Notes: generated from the sequence alone by a model not told the origin. A stretch of DNA of 64,000 nt from Rivularia sp. (in: cyanobacteria) (GCA_965234645.1 OZ248344.1:3485673-3549672); one strand, 5' to 3'; counted from the stretch's first letter, positions 30,887 to 42,433 are shown. Program-made: numbers and translations.

Positions 30887-31769
30887 AAATTTGCAATCTA
30901 GAAAGTTGTTCGTCTTTATCGGTTTTGGGATAGGAAACGATTTCAAGTTTTCCTCCCATTACTTCAAGTAAAGTTTGATTTAATAATAGCTTCATTCCGA
31001 CTTGGAGGCGTTTATCTTCTTGCTCGTCGGTTTCTTTATTATCTTCTAACTCAATTAAATCTATGGGTTCGCTAGAAGGAATAGCTTCGGTTGGTGCATC
31101 TAACCAAATATAAGCAAGATTATTCTCAATAGATGCTTTGGCAGAAATATTTATCGTACCTTCTTCCATTTGAGAAATAGCAGTATCTACCAAGTTTACC
31201 AATATTTGTTTTAACCAACGTTGGTCGGTACGAATGTAGATTTCCTCGCTCGGTTGTAATACCTTAAACGGGTAATTACGATTTTCAGCCAACATATAAG
31301 TTAATTTATGTACTTCGAGTAAAATTTCATTTAACGAACGAGACTGAATATCTAATTTGCTATCGCCATGTTCGGCTCTGGCAATTTGCAGAATTTCATC
31401 AATAAGATTTAATAACTTTAAAGCTCGTTCGTGAGCTTGACCGATAAATTCTCGCTCTTCAGCAGGATTTTCGCATAAATCCGATAAAATTAATTGATGT
31501 AAACCAATCAAACCATTGAGTGGCGATCGCAATACATGAGTAGTGCGTGCTAAAAACCCGGCTTTAAACTGGCTCATTTCTCGCGCCATATGATATGCCA
31601 GTTCAATTTCTCTCATCCGTTCAGATAGCTCGGACACATCTTGATCGTTTTCTGATTTCGATCCGGTAAAAGATGAATTTTTAGAAGCCTTTGAGCTATT
31701 TATGAACTGACAAATACCTACTCCTAATGCTAATCCGACTCCAAAATATACCCAGTTATTCCAATCCAT
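30846..31769 (-). CDS. Membrane-anchored histidine-kinase-like protein, degenerate
   Basis: N-terminal TM, HisKA GFLARTTHVLRSPLNGLIG, N-box QILVNLVDTAI; G boxes not recognisable. Confidence 0.78.
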   Translation of the reverse strand: MDWNNWVYFGVGLALGVGICQFINSSKASKNSSFTGSKSENDQDVSELSERMREIELAYHMAREMSQFKAGFLARTTHVLRSPLNGLIGLHQLILSDLCENPAEEREFIGQAHERALKLLNLIDEILQIARAEHGDSKLDIQSRSLNEILLEVHKLTYMLAENRNYPFKVLQPSEEIYIRTDQRWLKQILVNLVDTAISQMEEGTINISAKASIENNLAYIWLDAPTEAIPSSEPIDLIELEDNKETDEQEDKRLQVGMKLLLNQTLLEVMGGKLEIVSYPKTDKDEQLSRLQISIPLGIREAQLQH

Positions 31770-32100
31770 AATTTTTTGCTAAATCTTAACTTCTTAATTA
31801 CTTCATTTGGTTACTCAGTTCCTCTCATCCTTAGATAGATTAATTGAGCAATATGACTAATAATACTTTTTACCACCTCAAATCCCTACTCCAAGAAATA
31901 ATTTTTACGGGATGGTTACAGCGTCAAACTTGAAGTAAAATAATTTCTCGATCGCAGTGCTTAATTAAATAAAATATCGCAATACAAATTACTAACCAAA
32001 TTTTTCCGTAGAAGAAAAAGGTTAGAAGGACTTTTATACTGTTGTTACAAACATTATTTTAAATTTTAAAGCGCTACGGTTATAAAAAAGCACAAAATAT

Positions 32101-32691
32101 TTAAATATTTAAATTAACTGCTCCTTGACGCAAAATCTGCCATTTTCCTTCATTCCATTTAGCCACAGTGGAAGGAATACCCATAGCAGGCGTTTTATCA
32201 TCATATGCTGTTGTCGCCAAAGTTAATATATCGGGAAACTCTGCCTCAATTTCGGGGATAGTTTGCAAGGGAGGCTGTCCAGACAAATTAGCGCTAGTAG
32301 TAGCCAGAGGACCAGTTTGCGCTAGAATCCTACAAGCAATATCACTTTGTGGAACTCTGATTCCAATTGTAGTAGGGTCATTAGGATTCATAACTTTCGG
32401 CACTTTCGCCGACGCAGGTAATACTAAAGTCAGCGCTCCACCCCAGTATTTATCCGCAACTTGCTGCCATATTTCATACTCTTCTTTACTGCCTTCTACA
32501 TAATCCCAAACTTGCTCCGAGTCAGCCGCCATCAGTATTAACGGCTTATTCATACTGCGTTGTTTTACGGTAAAAATTAACGCTGCATTTTCAGGTAAAG
32601 CTGCCAGAGCCGGAACAGTATCTGTAGGGAAGCTGACTACTTTACCAATTCTAGCTCCTGCAACCAACTCAGCAATAGAAACCTGTGTCAT
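32101..32691 (-). CDS. tsaC: Threonylcarbamoyl-AMP synthase (YrdC/Sua5)
   Basis: SFPTDTVPAL, KQRSMNKPL, TIGIRVP, LATTSANLSG. Confidence 0.9.
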   Translation of the reverse strand: MTQVSIAELVAGARIGKVVSFPTDTVPALAALPENAALIFTVKQRSMNKPLILMAADSEQVWDYVEGSKEEYEIWQQVADKYWGGALTLVLPASAKVPKVMNPNDPTTIGIRVPQSDIACRILAQTGPLATTSANLSGQPPLQTIPEIEAEFPDILTLATTAYDDKTPAMGIPSTVAKWNEGKWQILRQGAVNLNI

Positions 32692-32750
32692 TTATCAATT
32701 ATTAGTTGTTAGTTGTTAGTTATTAGTTATTATTTATCACCTACAAGGTA

Positions 32751-32856
32751 CTAACTCCTAACTCCTCACTCCTAACTCCTAACTCCTAACTCCTAACTCC
32801 TAACTCCTAACTCCTAACTCCTAATTCCTAATTCCTAACTCCTCACTCCCAACTCC
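32751..32856 (+). repeat. STRR-type heptamer array (CTAACTC)n
   Basis: Seen directly; reverse complement of the 26824 array. Confidence 0.95.
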
Positions 32857-33762
32857 TCACTCCTCACTTTTATAAGCGAGTGCAAAACGCTCAATTCCAG
32901 CCAAATCGGGATTAATTTCAATTTTGCTATAGTTACCGTGCGATCGCAGCATTTGGCTAACTTTATCAGCTTGTCCTGCCATCATTTCAATCAGCCATAT
33001 TCCACCAGGTTTTAGATAATCGGAGGAAGTTTCTACCAAATGGCGGATACATTCTAAACCATCATCACCGCCATCTAAAGCTAGATGGGGTTCGTGTTTA
33101 AATACTTCTGGCTGTAGTTCGGGTAAGGTACTGCTAGGAATATAAGGTGGATTGGATACCATGCCGCTAAATTCACCTTTGAGAAAATCTAAGGGTTCCC
33201 ACCAAGAACCTCGATAGAATTCAATGCGATCGCTAAAACCGTAATTATCGGCGTTTACTCGAGCGATCGAAAGCGCTTCCAAAGAAAAATCTACAGCGTG
33301 AATTTTCGCTTGACTAAAAGCCGAAGCTAATCCTAAAGCTATTATTCCACTACCAGTGCCCAAGTCCGCCCAATGTCCTTGCCGCATTGTTGAGTTGTCG
33401 GCAGTAGCGGCTATTGCTAAGTCAATTAAAGATTCGGTTTCAGGTCTGGGAATTAAAACTTGAGGTGAAACTTTAATATTAAAATGTCGCCAAGGAGTAA
33501 TTTTTGTAATGTACTGTACGGGAAGCCTTTCGTGGAGCCTTTGTTGCCACAGTGCTGATAATTCTTGTAGAGGTAACTTTAGCTGAATGCGATCGTTTTT
33601 GAAAGAACCAATACGTAGCGCCAAACGATCCAATCCAGCTATTTCCTGTAGCAACCAATCTACTTCAGCCTCCGGGACATTAGCGGATAAAGCAGCTGAT
33701 ATGGCAGCATCTCGCCACTTGGAAAGTTTATTACCAGATACCTGTAGCTGCTTATCCGCCAT
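32857..33762 (-). CDS. prmC: Release factor glutamine methyltransferase
   Basis: VLIPRPETE, ADLGTGSG, VSNPPY, ALDGGDDGL. Confidence 0.95.
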   Translation of the reverse strand: MADKQLQVSGNKLSKWRDAAISAALSANVPEAEVDWLLQEIAGLDRLALRIGSFKNDRIQLKLPLQELSALWQQRLHERLPVQYITKITPWRHFNIKVSPQVLIPRPETESLIDLAIAATADNSTMRQGHWADLGTGSGIIALGLASAFSQAKIHAVDFSLEALSIARVNADNYGFSDRIEFYRGSWWEPLDFLKGEFSGMVSNPPYIPSSTLPELQPEVFKHEPHLALDGGDDGLECIRHLVETSSDYLKPGGIWLIEMMAGQADKVSQMLRSHGNYSKIEINPDLAGIERFALAYKSEE

Positions 33763-33791
33763 GTCTTAAAAATATGGGAGCGATTTATGTA

Positions 33792-34595
33792 CTATTTTTT
33801 CTTTGCAGGTGCCGAGCTAGGTGCTTTTTGCTTGGGAAGTGTCTGAATATATTCCCTAGCTTCTGGATTGGGGAAAAAGACTACTCTATCGAGCCAAGGG
33901 TCGTTTTTCTCCTGCAAAGTACTAAGTATACCGTCTACATCTACCACCTGAATATCAGCCTTGGGAAATTTTGGCTTGACTTGGTTGAGCAGATTGTTAG
34001 CGTCTTGCATACTAAAGAACACGGGAACTACTTCCTGTTCGTTTTTTTGATCTCCGAGTTTAATTGGTACGTAGCTTTTGTCTGGTCCAAACCGGACGAG
34101 ATAAGTAGGTACGCTTCTAAACTGTTTTACCTCTTGACCGCTTTTTTTCAATAAGTCCATAGCAGCCCGAACTTCCTTGTCAACGGGTTTAAAGGCAAAC
34201 AACAAGCGGTTTGGTTCATTTTTCGATTTTTGCACTTGCTGAAAAATGACTCCTAAAGGTACTGGAGTGACTTGTAGGCTTTTCACCATCTGAGTCATTT
34301 TAGGATCTTTATCTTTTACCTTCTGTAAGTCGCTGATAAAGGTTTGAGCTTCTTGTTTACTCATGTAAACGCCTGTTACAGAACCACCCACTTTCTTACC
34401 ATTTTGTTCGGGTAGAGGGCGACTTAACGGTAAACCTTGTGGATTGGTAATCAACCATACTGGAATGTTGTCCAGCTTACTTTTAATTTCTTGTTCTGAC
34501 AATGCAATTACTGGGGCAATTCCGCTTGTAACAGTTGCTAGTACAGTACTCCCCACTACACCTAATGTTGTTCCCCAGCGAACTAATGATTTCAT
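33792..34595 (-). CDS. Tic22-family periplasmic chaperone
   Basis: Probable start MKSLVRWG (34595), signal peptide, KLDNIPVWLITNPQGLPL, VPVFFSMQD. Confidence 0.85.
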   Translation of the reverse strand: MKSLVRWGTTLGVVGSTVLATVTSGIAPVIALSEQEIKSKLDNIPVWLITNPQGLPLSRPLPEQNGKKVGGSVTGVYMSKQEAQTFISDLQKVKDKDPKMTQMVKSLQVTPVPLGVIFQQVQKSKNEPNRLLFAFKPVDKEVRAAMDLLKKSGQEVKQFRSVPTYLVRFGPDKSYVPIKLGDQKNEQEVVPVFFSMQDANNLLNQVKPKFPKADIQVVDVDGILSTLQEKNDPWLDRVVFFPNPEAREYIQTLPKQKAPSSAPAKKK

Positions 34596-35176
34596 GACTT
34601 CTCCTAGCATTAATGTTTTGATAAATTCCAGGCAGGCTGTATACACTTGTTGAATCGACTTATACAGTTATAGTCTCTTCAAAAGCTTTTCTGACTACAC
34701 CAGTTGCCTGTCTGCCTTGTTTGTCCAATATTTTAATTAACAACAAGGCAAATGCCTATATAGACATATTGAAAAAATGATGAACGAAAAAAAAATATTT
34801 CCGCTTGCGAACACATCAAGTGCCATTTTATTGCTTTTCTTAAAAAATGTTGACGCTATCGAAAAAAAAATCGTTCCATATTCAGCCTTGAAAAAGCCTT
34901 TATTTTTGACACGTCTTTTTTGAGATAATTTAATCAACGCTTTCTTTTTCCGGCGTTTATGATTGATGTGTCCTAACTTGGAAGTATTATTTTTGTTCAA
35001 CACTTGGCGCTAATTTACAAATTAATACTTAGCATTAAAGTACTTTTTGCTGCTACAACTGTACTTAATTTACGATAAAATAATAATCCCTACTTTGATT
35101 TTGATTTTTAATAGTTACTATAAAAACTTTAAAACCTTTAGTCGTTTTAAAGAATTCATAAAATATATTCTTTAAA

Positions 35177-35250
35177 TCGGGATGACAGGATTCGAACCTG
35201 CGACATCCTGCTCCCAAAGCAGGCGCGCTACCAAGCTGCGCTACATCCCG
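35177..35250 (-). tRNA. trnP: tRNA-Pro(TGG)
   Basis: Minus strand CGGGATGTAGCGCAGCTTGGTAGCGCGCCTGCTTTGGGAGCAGGATGTCGCAGGTTCGAATCCTGTCATCCCGA forms a full cloverleaf. Confidence 0.97.
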
Positions 35251-35480
35251 GACATAACCGTGTAAGCGGCAATATTTATATATTATCACACTTAATATAC
35301 TTATGGTAAATAAATTATTAAATTATTAACTAATGGTTGGTTTTAATTTGATTTACAAGCTGAGTACTCCTATTGATAAATAGGCGCGGCTCTACATTTG
35401 CGGTATTCCGCGCACTACTTAGCCGTAACTTAGCCAACTTTAAAATAATGTAAGAAGGTGAGAAGCAGAAAAATTTGGGA

Positions 35481-36128
<648 letters not shown>

Positions 36129-36370
36129 TTAATTTTGGCGAGATTTGATAGAAGCCAGCAGCGGTCATACGTGTTTAACATCAATTATTTTCAACTTTAG
36201 CATCTTGTTGACAGACAAGGCGGAAAAATTCACAAGTTGAGGGGCACTAAATCTGAGAATTAATTGTATGCAACAGTGCCTTAAAATTTTGAGGGGCGGC
36301 TTAAGAGTTTTTTTATTTCCCGTTCAATAGTATTTATTTTGACAACAGCAAGCGAGTCTGACATTAAAAA

Positions 36371-37090
36371 ATGGCTTCTGGTTTAAAAACATCAACACTG
36401 GAACTTCTAAAACGCTTTAATAAGTCGTTTCCCCAGTTTTACGAGCAATTTGTGAGCAGTGAGATTCAACTGCAAAATTTGCGGCTAGCTTATCGACTCT
36501 ATAAAACCAGACGTGCCGTTATCGAGTTAAAACCTGAAGGGGGTAAAAGTGCTTTGCATTTCGCCTACCGCAATCAGTCTTTTCTCCTCAGCGATATTTT
36601 TGGTGTTCTAGCGGCTTACGGACTTACAATTCACAGTTTAAGTTTGTACGGACAAATCAAACCACCGATGTTGGTTTTTATTAAACTACTTGTATCTCGT
36701 GGTAGCAAAGCCCTTTCGGAAAAAACAGCAGAAAACGTCACTCGTGCAATTCGCGAAGCTTTGGGAGGACGTTTTGAGGTAGAAGAGATGCTAGCGGTAG
36801 AATTTAACCTTGATGCTGGTTTAGAAAAAGTCGAAACAGAGTTTTATGTAGATCCAGTGTTTCATTTACCAGCTTTAGTTATTGAAGCTGATAACCAACC
36901 GGGATTATTCTATAAAGTTATGTATGCTATGTGGCTTGAAGACTTGCTCGTAGTCAATGCTAACCTGCTGGTTTGGCGTGGACGCACGCGCTTGATTCTT
37001 TATTTATTAGGACCCAATGAAAGCTTAATTCCGGAATATTTAGGTCACAAAATTGCCCAAAGCGTCCGTGGAAGATTTCTCCGAAGTTGA
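36371..37090 (+). CDS. Conserved protein with two ACT-like domains (GlnD C-terminal-like)
   Basis: NQSFLLSDIFGVLAAYGLTIHSL and DNQPGLFYKVMYAM resemble ACT beta1-loop-helix signatures. Confidence 0.6.
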   Translation: MASGLKTSTLELLKRFNKSFPQFYEQFVSSEIQLQNLRLAYRLYKTRRAVIELKPEGGKSALHFAYRNQSFLLSDIFGVLAAYGLTIHSLSLYGQIKPPMLVFIKLLVSRGSKALSEKTAENVTRAIREALGGRFEVEEMLAVEFNLDAGLEKVETEFYVDPVFHLPALVIEADNQPGLFYKVMYAMWLEDLLVVNANLLVWRGRTRLILYLLGPNESLIPEYLGHKIAQSVRGRFLRS

Positions 37091-37202
37091 ATATTTCTAT
37101 AAAGGTGGATTTATCGTCAAAAAAGCGATTGAATAACTGCGAAAATTAAATAGTAAAACTACTGTTTTATGGCAAACGTCATTAAAGGTACGTGCTGCTT
37201 TC

Positions 37203-38105
37203 ATGGCAACTATCGAAATCTTCGGCGTTCCCCACGCATACGAGCTAACGGTTCCCCCTGACAACTCCCACACTTTAGTATTTATCCACGGTTGGCTTAA
37301 TAGCCGTGGATACTGGCAGCCTGCGATCGAGCGTCTCCAGCCAGATTTTGGGTGCCTTTCATATGACTTACGAGGTTTTGGGGAATCTCAATTGAAAGAA
37401 ACAAAAATACCTCATAATAATGCCTCCTCAGATTTAACTGTGACGGGGGGTAAGACACCCGTTAATCCGTTTGATTCTCCTTACACTCCAGCAGCCTACA
37501 TGGAAGATTTAGTAGTACTGCTGCGAAAGTTAAATTTAAATAATGTTTGGTTAATTGGTCATTCCCTTGGTGGCACCATTGCTTTATGGACAGCAGCTCA
37601 GATGACTCAAGAAGTTAAAGGAGTAATCTGTATCAATTCCGGTGGTGGAATTTATCTTAAAGAAGCCTTTGAAAAATTCCGCACCGCAGGACAAAGGTTT
37701 TTACAACTTCGTCCCAGATGGCTATCTCAAGTACCTTTAATTGAAATATTGTTCGCCAGGAATTCTGTAGCGCGTCCCTTGGAACGTTATTGGGCACGTC
37801 AGCGAATCATCGATTTTTTAGTAGCCGATCCTCAAGCTGCTTTAGGAACGCTACTAGACTCGACAACAGAAGAACAAATAAATTATCTACCACAATTAGT
37901 ATCTCAACTCAAACAGCCAGTTTATTTCTTAACAGGTGCCGAAGATAAAGTCATGGAACCAAAATACGTTCGTCACTTAGCCAGTTTCCATCCCTTGTTT
38001 CAAGACTGCGGCGACAACGTAATCGAAATTCCCAACTGCGGACACTTAGCAATGCTAGAGCAGCCAGATATTGTCGCCGATCGCATCCGCTCTATTATCA
38101 ATTAA
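37203..38105 (+). CDS. Alpha/beta hydrolase
   Basis: FIHGWL, YDLRGFG, GHSLGG, CGHLAMLE. Confidence 0.9.
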   Translation: MATIEIFGVPHAYELTVPPDNSHTLVFIHGWLNSRGYWQPAIERLQPDFGCLSYDLRGFGESQLKETKIPHNNASSDLTVTGGKTPVNPFDSPYTPAAYMEDLVVLLRKLNLNNVWLIGHSLGGTIALWTAAQMTQEVKGVICINSGGGIYLKEAFEKFRTAGQRFLQLRPRWLSQVPLIEILFARNSVARPLERYWARQRIIDFLVADPQAALGTLLDSTTEEQINYLPQLVSQLKQPVYFLTGAEDKVMEPKYVRHLASFHPLFQDCGDNVIEIPNCGHLAMLEQPDIVADRIRSIIN

Positions 38106-38108
38106 GAA

Positions 38109-38306
38109 ATTGGGCATTGGGCATTGGGCATTGGGCGTGGGGACAATTCGCAATGAGCCGCAGGCTCCGCCTGAACGCAATGAGCCGCAGGCTCCGCCTG
38201 AACGCAATTAATAACTCCTAACTCCTAACTCCTAACTCCTAACTCCTAACTCCTAACTCCCAACTCCCAACTCCTAACTCCTAACTCCTAACTCCTAACC
38301 CCTAAC
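38109..38306 (+). repeat. Composite repeat block: (TTGGGCA)n, a 27-bp tandem x2, (TAACTCC)n
   Basis: CGCAATGAGCCGCAGGCTCCGCCTGAA at 38149-38175 and 38176-38202, between heptamer arrays. Confidence 0.9.
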
Positions 38307-38309
38307 TGG

Positions 38310-39350
38310 TTACTGATAAAGCTCCATCACTCGACTCAGTGCTAGCCTTGATTCAACGCCAAGGCTCAAAGAAGAAGTATGTCCTCTGGAAAGATGATCG
38401 GCGGCGCAACAACCGATCATGGCGGCGTTATCGGTACAGAATTTTAGAGCCGGAAATAACACTCGTAGGTTATAAGTTTCTGCTGCTGTTTGTAAATGCT
38501 TTCTCAAAGCGCTGTTGGCTGCGACTCCACCACCAACTGTAATAGTCTTCAAACCATAATCTAAGGCGCAGGCTATGGCTCTTTTGGTCAGCGCTCTGGC
38601 TACGGTATCCTGAAAGCTGGCTGCTACATCTGCTACGGGTATTTCAGGATTATTTTTTTCTAACTGCTCTACCAGTCGCAATACTGCTGTCTTTAACCCG
38701 CTAAAACTCGCATCATAAGGATGATAGCCTCCCGACGGTAAAGAAACTCTTCCTTCAGGCAATTTAAAGGCACTCGAATTACCAACTTGTGCTAGTTCGT
38801 CAATTATTGGACCGCCGGGATATCCCAACTTTAACAACCGGGCTACTTTGTCAAATGCTTCACCTGCTGCATCGTCGCGTGTTGCTCCAAGGCTTTCGTA
38901 GATTCCGCAATCTTTGACGTAAATTAAACTTGTATGTCCTCCCGAAACTAATAAGCTTAAAAATGGAGTTTCAAGGGCTGGTTCGGTTAAATAATTGGCA
39001 TAAATATGTCCTTCGAGGTGATGAATTCCTAGAAATGGTAAGGAATGTACCATACATAGAGTTTTAGCGGCGGTTAAACCCACTAATAATGCCCCTACCA
39101 ATCCAGGGGCGCAAGTTGCAGCTACACCATCAATTTGGCTCCAATCTAATTGTGCTTGTTCTAAAGCTAGGTCAATACTTTGATTTATCGTCTCCAAATG
39201 TACTCTGGAGGCAACTTCTGGCACTACTCCACCATAATTTTTATGCACTGAAATTTGGGAAGCTACAACGTTGCTACAAACGTGACGATTATTTACAATT
39301 GCTACGGCAGTCTCATCGCAGCTAGTCTCTATTGCTAAAACAGTTGCCAT
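38310..39350 (-). CDS. tsaD: tRNA N6-threonylcarbamoyltransferase
   Basis: LAIETSCDET, GGVVPEVASR, HHLEGH, SGGHT, DDAAGEAFDK, TDNAAMI. Confidence 0.97.
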   Translation of the reverse strand: MATVLAIETSCDETAVAIVNNRHVCSNVVASQISVHKNYGGVVPEVASRVHLETINQSIDLALEQAQLDWSQIDGVAATCAPGLVGALLVGLTAAKTLCMVHSLPFLGIHHLEGHIYANYLTEPALETPFLSLLVSGGHTSLIYVKDCGIYESLGATRDDAAGEAFDKVARLLKLGYPGGPIIDELAQVGNSSAFKLPEGRVSLPSGGYHPYDASFSGLKTAVLRLVEQLEKNNPEIPVADVAASFQDTVARALTKRAIACALDYGLKTITVGGGVAANSALRKHLQTAAETYNLRVLFPALKFCTDNAAMIGCCAADHLSRGHTSSLSLGVESRLALSRVMELYQ

Positions 39351-39529
39351 CAATCTAGGTTATGTGAATAAAAATTTTGTTGTAGAAGCTTTAACTTTTA
39401 TTTACTTCAACTTTACTCGGTTTACGCATCAAGAGTATGATCGCTTCTTAGTTACACAAATTTAAATTTGTACGAGCCGCTTCGTTTTGTACAAATATTT
39501 TTTGTTTCGTAATAAAAGGAAACAATTTC

Positions 39530-40024
39530 ATGCGACGCTTGTTTGCTCTAATTTTAGCTGTTTGTTTGGCGTTTAATTTCGCCCCACCAGCCTTTGCTCT
39601 AGGTGCTGACCTAGTAAGATGCAGCGACTCACCCGCTTTTCAACAACGTGCTGCGGATGCCCGTAACACGACGAGCGACCCTAATAGCGGAGAAAAACGT
39701 TTTGAACGTTATGCTCAGGCTTTATGCGGTCCAGAGGGTCTACCTCATTTAATTGTTGATGGTCGTTTGAGTCGTTCTGGTGACTTTCTAATTCCTGGCA
39801 TTCTGTTTCTTTACATCGCTGGCTGGATTGGTTGGGTAGGTCGTTCTTACCTCCAAGCCGTTAGAAAAGAAAAAGATGCTGAAATGAAGGAAGTAATCAT
39901 CGACGTACCTACAGCATTACCACTAATGCTTTCTGGTTTCACTTGGCCCGTAGCAGCAATCAAAGAATTGCTTTCGGGTGAATTGACCGCAAAAGATGAA
40001 GAAGTTCCAATTTCTCCACGCTAG
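39530..40024 (+). CDS. psaF: Photosystem I subunit III
   Basis: [34 protein letters not shown] end. Confidence 0.97.
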   Translation: MRRLFALILAVCLAFNFAPPAFALGADLVRCSDSPAFQQRAADARNTTSDPNSGEKRFERYAQALCGPEGLPHLIVDGRLSRSGDFLIPGILFLYIAGWIGWVGRSYLQAVRKEKDAEMKEVIIDVPTALPLMLSGFTWPVAAIKELLSGELTAKDEEVPISPR

Positions 40025-40216
40025 TAGCAATCGTTAGTGAGGAGAATTTTTAATAGCGACTTTAGCTATTCCAAGTCAAGCTAATAATTATTAACTATTG
40101 TTAATTAATAGTTGATTTATTGGCTGTCTTTTAAATCATCTTCTTAATTACACAGGCGCGTAAATCTACTCATCCAAAATCCATCGATCGAAGCTCATTA
40201 TTTGGGAGTACAATCC

Positions 40217-40351
40217 ATGCAGCGAAACGATTTATTGAGGTATCTTTCCCTCGCACCAGTCCTACTGTTTGGCTGGTTAATATTTACTGCGGTGTTGTTG
40301 ATTACATTCAACTACATTTTTCCCGACCTATTGTTCCATCCACTACCATAA
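40217..40351 (+). CDS. psaJ: Photosystem I subunit IX (44 aa, not in the ORF track)
   Basis: [44 protein letters not shown]. Confidence 0.93.
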   Translation: MQRNDLLRYLSLAPVLLFGWLIFTAVLLITFNYIFPDLLFHPLP

Positions 40352-40588
40352 ATTGGGTATATAATTCGATTTTTGTTTGGAGTTAGCAGTTGTTCTATAA
40401 CTTAATAACTCTGAATAAACCCCTATTTATGTAGGAATAATTTTTAGTAAAACTCGCTTGTGCTGCGTTCGGCAGAAGCGAGTTTTATATTTATTAATTT
40501 TTCTAAAAATTACTGTTAAAAAGCTCCTCCAGATACAATTATTAAGATGTAGAAAAATATTCATTTATTTGAGAGGTAAACATAAAAT

Positions 40589-41116
40589 ATGGGAAATATA
40601 GTCGACAATATCGATGCAGCAAAGAATAAACCAAGTGACGTGAGAAATCAGGAAGTTGTTTTTGCAGCAGAAGGCAATCCGCAGACAGGCAACCTAGAAA
40701 CGCCAATTAACTCTTCTCCCCTAAGCAAGTGGTTTATCAGAAACTTACCAGCTTATCGTGGCGATCATACTCCTTTCAGACGAGGATTAGAGGTTGGGAT
40801 GGCTCACGGTTACTTGTTATTTGGTCCATTTGCTAAATTAGGTCCGCTGCGTAATGCACCTTCAGCTAACTTAGCTGGGTTGCTTTCCACAATCGGCTTG
40901 GTTGTGATTCTCACCGCTTGCTTATCTTTATACGCTAATAGCAATCCACCCAAACCAGTTGCCACAGTAACTGTGCCCAATCCACCTAATGCTTTTAATA
41001 CTATGGAAGGTTGGAACAACTTTGCTAGTGCTTTTTTAATTGGTGGGATTGGTGGCGGGGTAACAGCCTACTTTTTAACCAGCAACTTCGCATTTATCCA
41101 AGGTTTATTTGGTTGA
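40589..41116 (+). CDS. psaL: Photosystem I subunit XI
   Basis: NLETPINSS, NLPAYR, RGLEVGMAHGY, GPLRN. Confidence 0.96.
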   Translation: MGNIVDNIDAAKNKPSDVRNQEVVFAAEGNPQTGNLETPINSSPLSKWFIRNLPAYRGDHTPFRRGLEVGMAHGYLLFGPFAKLGPLRNAPSANLAGLLSTIGLVVILTACLSLYANSNPPKPVATVTVPNPPNAFNTMEGWNNFASAFLIGGIGGGVTAYFLTSNFAFIQGLFG

Positions 41117-41270
41117 TATTCGGTTTTATGCCCTTATCATCAAGTAAGTGTTAACAACCATGAAGGCAAAAGGACACAACACAAAGACTTTAATAGTCTT
41201 GGTTAGTGTCCTTTATTTATGAGGCATTGAGCGCGATCGCCTGCAACGGCGTGGCTCAGCTTGCGGTTAA

Positions 41271-41888
41271 TCAAAATAGTTCGCGATCGTCCGAGAACAT
41301 TGCCACTTCAATATCGCGAACTGCGGTTTCTAAATCGTCATTCACTATTTGAATATGGAATTCAGAAGCAGAGTCAATTTCTTCTTTAGCACGCTTTAAA
41401 CGGCGCGATATAGCCTCGGAAGAATCTTTCTTTCTACCGCGTATCCGTTTCTCTAATTCATTAAAAGTTGGTGGAAGTATAAAAATACTCAAGAGTTCGG
41501 GAAATGCGGCACGAATTTTACGTGCCCCTTCTAACTCAATTTCAAGTAGTACCGATTTTCCAGACTCCATCAGGTCAATTACTGGTTTGCGAGGAGTACC
41601 GTATAAATTACCGGCAAATTCCGCCCACTCTAGAAATTCACCTTGCTCAATTAACCGCTGGAATTTACTACGGCTAATAAAATAATAGTCTTTGCCGTCC
41701 ACTTCCCCCGGACGAGGAGGACGGGTAGTGGCAGATATTGAGTAATTGAGTTCGGGATGACGCGAAAGAAGTAATCGCATTAAAGTGCCTTTTCCGACAC
41801 CACTAGGACCTGTTAAAACAATCAGCTTCCCCGTAGACAGTAATTTGTTAGTAGTAGCACCACTAAGAGTCGATAGCACTTGCATCAT
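41271..41888 (-). CDS. gmk: Guanylate kinase
   Basis: GPSGVGKGT, SATTRPPRPGEVDG, YGTP. Confidence 0.96.
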   Translation of the reverse strand: MMQVLSTLSGATTNKLLSTGKLIVLTGPSGVGKGTLMRLLLSRHPELNYSISATTRPPRPGEVDGKDYYFISRSKFQRLIEQGEFLEWAEFAGNLYGTPRKPVIDLMESGKSVLLEIELEGARKIRAAFPELLSIFILPPTFNELEKRIRGRKKDSSEAISRRLKRAKEEIDSASEFHIQIVNDDLETAVRDIEVAMFSDDRELF

Positions 41889-42166
41889 CCGCTTTCCCTG
41901 TAAATCAATTTATATACATTATTCATCAGTCAGTAGTCATTTGTTAGTTTTGCAAATGACTATTGCCTAATGAGGGTTGTAAAATCAACGACTTTTTAAG
42001 TCTGTTAATTCACATGGTACAGAAAAATGTATACATTCTTGTCGTCCGGGATATTAACCAAGGTTCGGGAAACCCTAAAATAACCAGCACGTCTCTTGTA
42101 GCCCTAGCGGCATCTTTCAAAAAAGCCCGCCCATTATTTTTGCGGAAATTGTCACCCATACCCCTT

Positions 42167-42433
42167 TTAGTTATCTACAACATGATGTTCGCGGGAAATA
42201 ACGAAACGATTCGCTACCGTTTCGGGTTGGATAGCCGAAAGAATAACGTGACTCGAATCCGTGATAATAACAGCCCTTGTGCGACGACCGTAAGTTGCAT
42301 CAATCAGTTGACCTCTATCTCGCGCATCGGTAATGATTCGCTTGATTGGAGCTGATTCTGGACTGACAATTGCAACTACTCGGTTGGCAGAAACAATATT
42401 GCCGAAACCGATGTTGATTAACTGAATGTCCAT
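42167..42433 (-). CDS. remA: RemA/DUF370 regulator
   Basis: [40 protein letters not shown]. Confidence 0.9.
   Translation of the reverse strand: MDIQLINIGFGNIVSANRVVAIVSPESAPIKRIITDARDRGQLIDATYGRRTRAVIITDSSHVILSAIQPETVANRFVISREHHVVDN

Noticed and set aside
34737-35003. 88-aa minus-strand ORF downstream of tRNA-Pro
   Set aside because: Low-complexity, derived from A/T runs, no recognisable motif.
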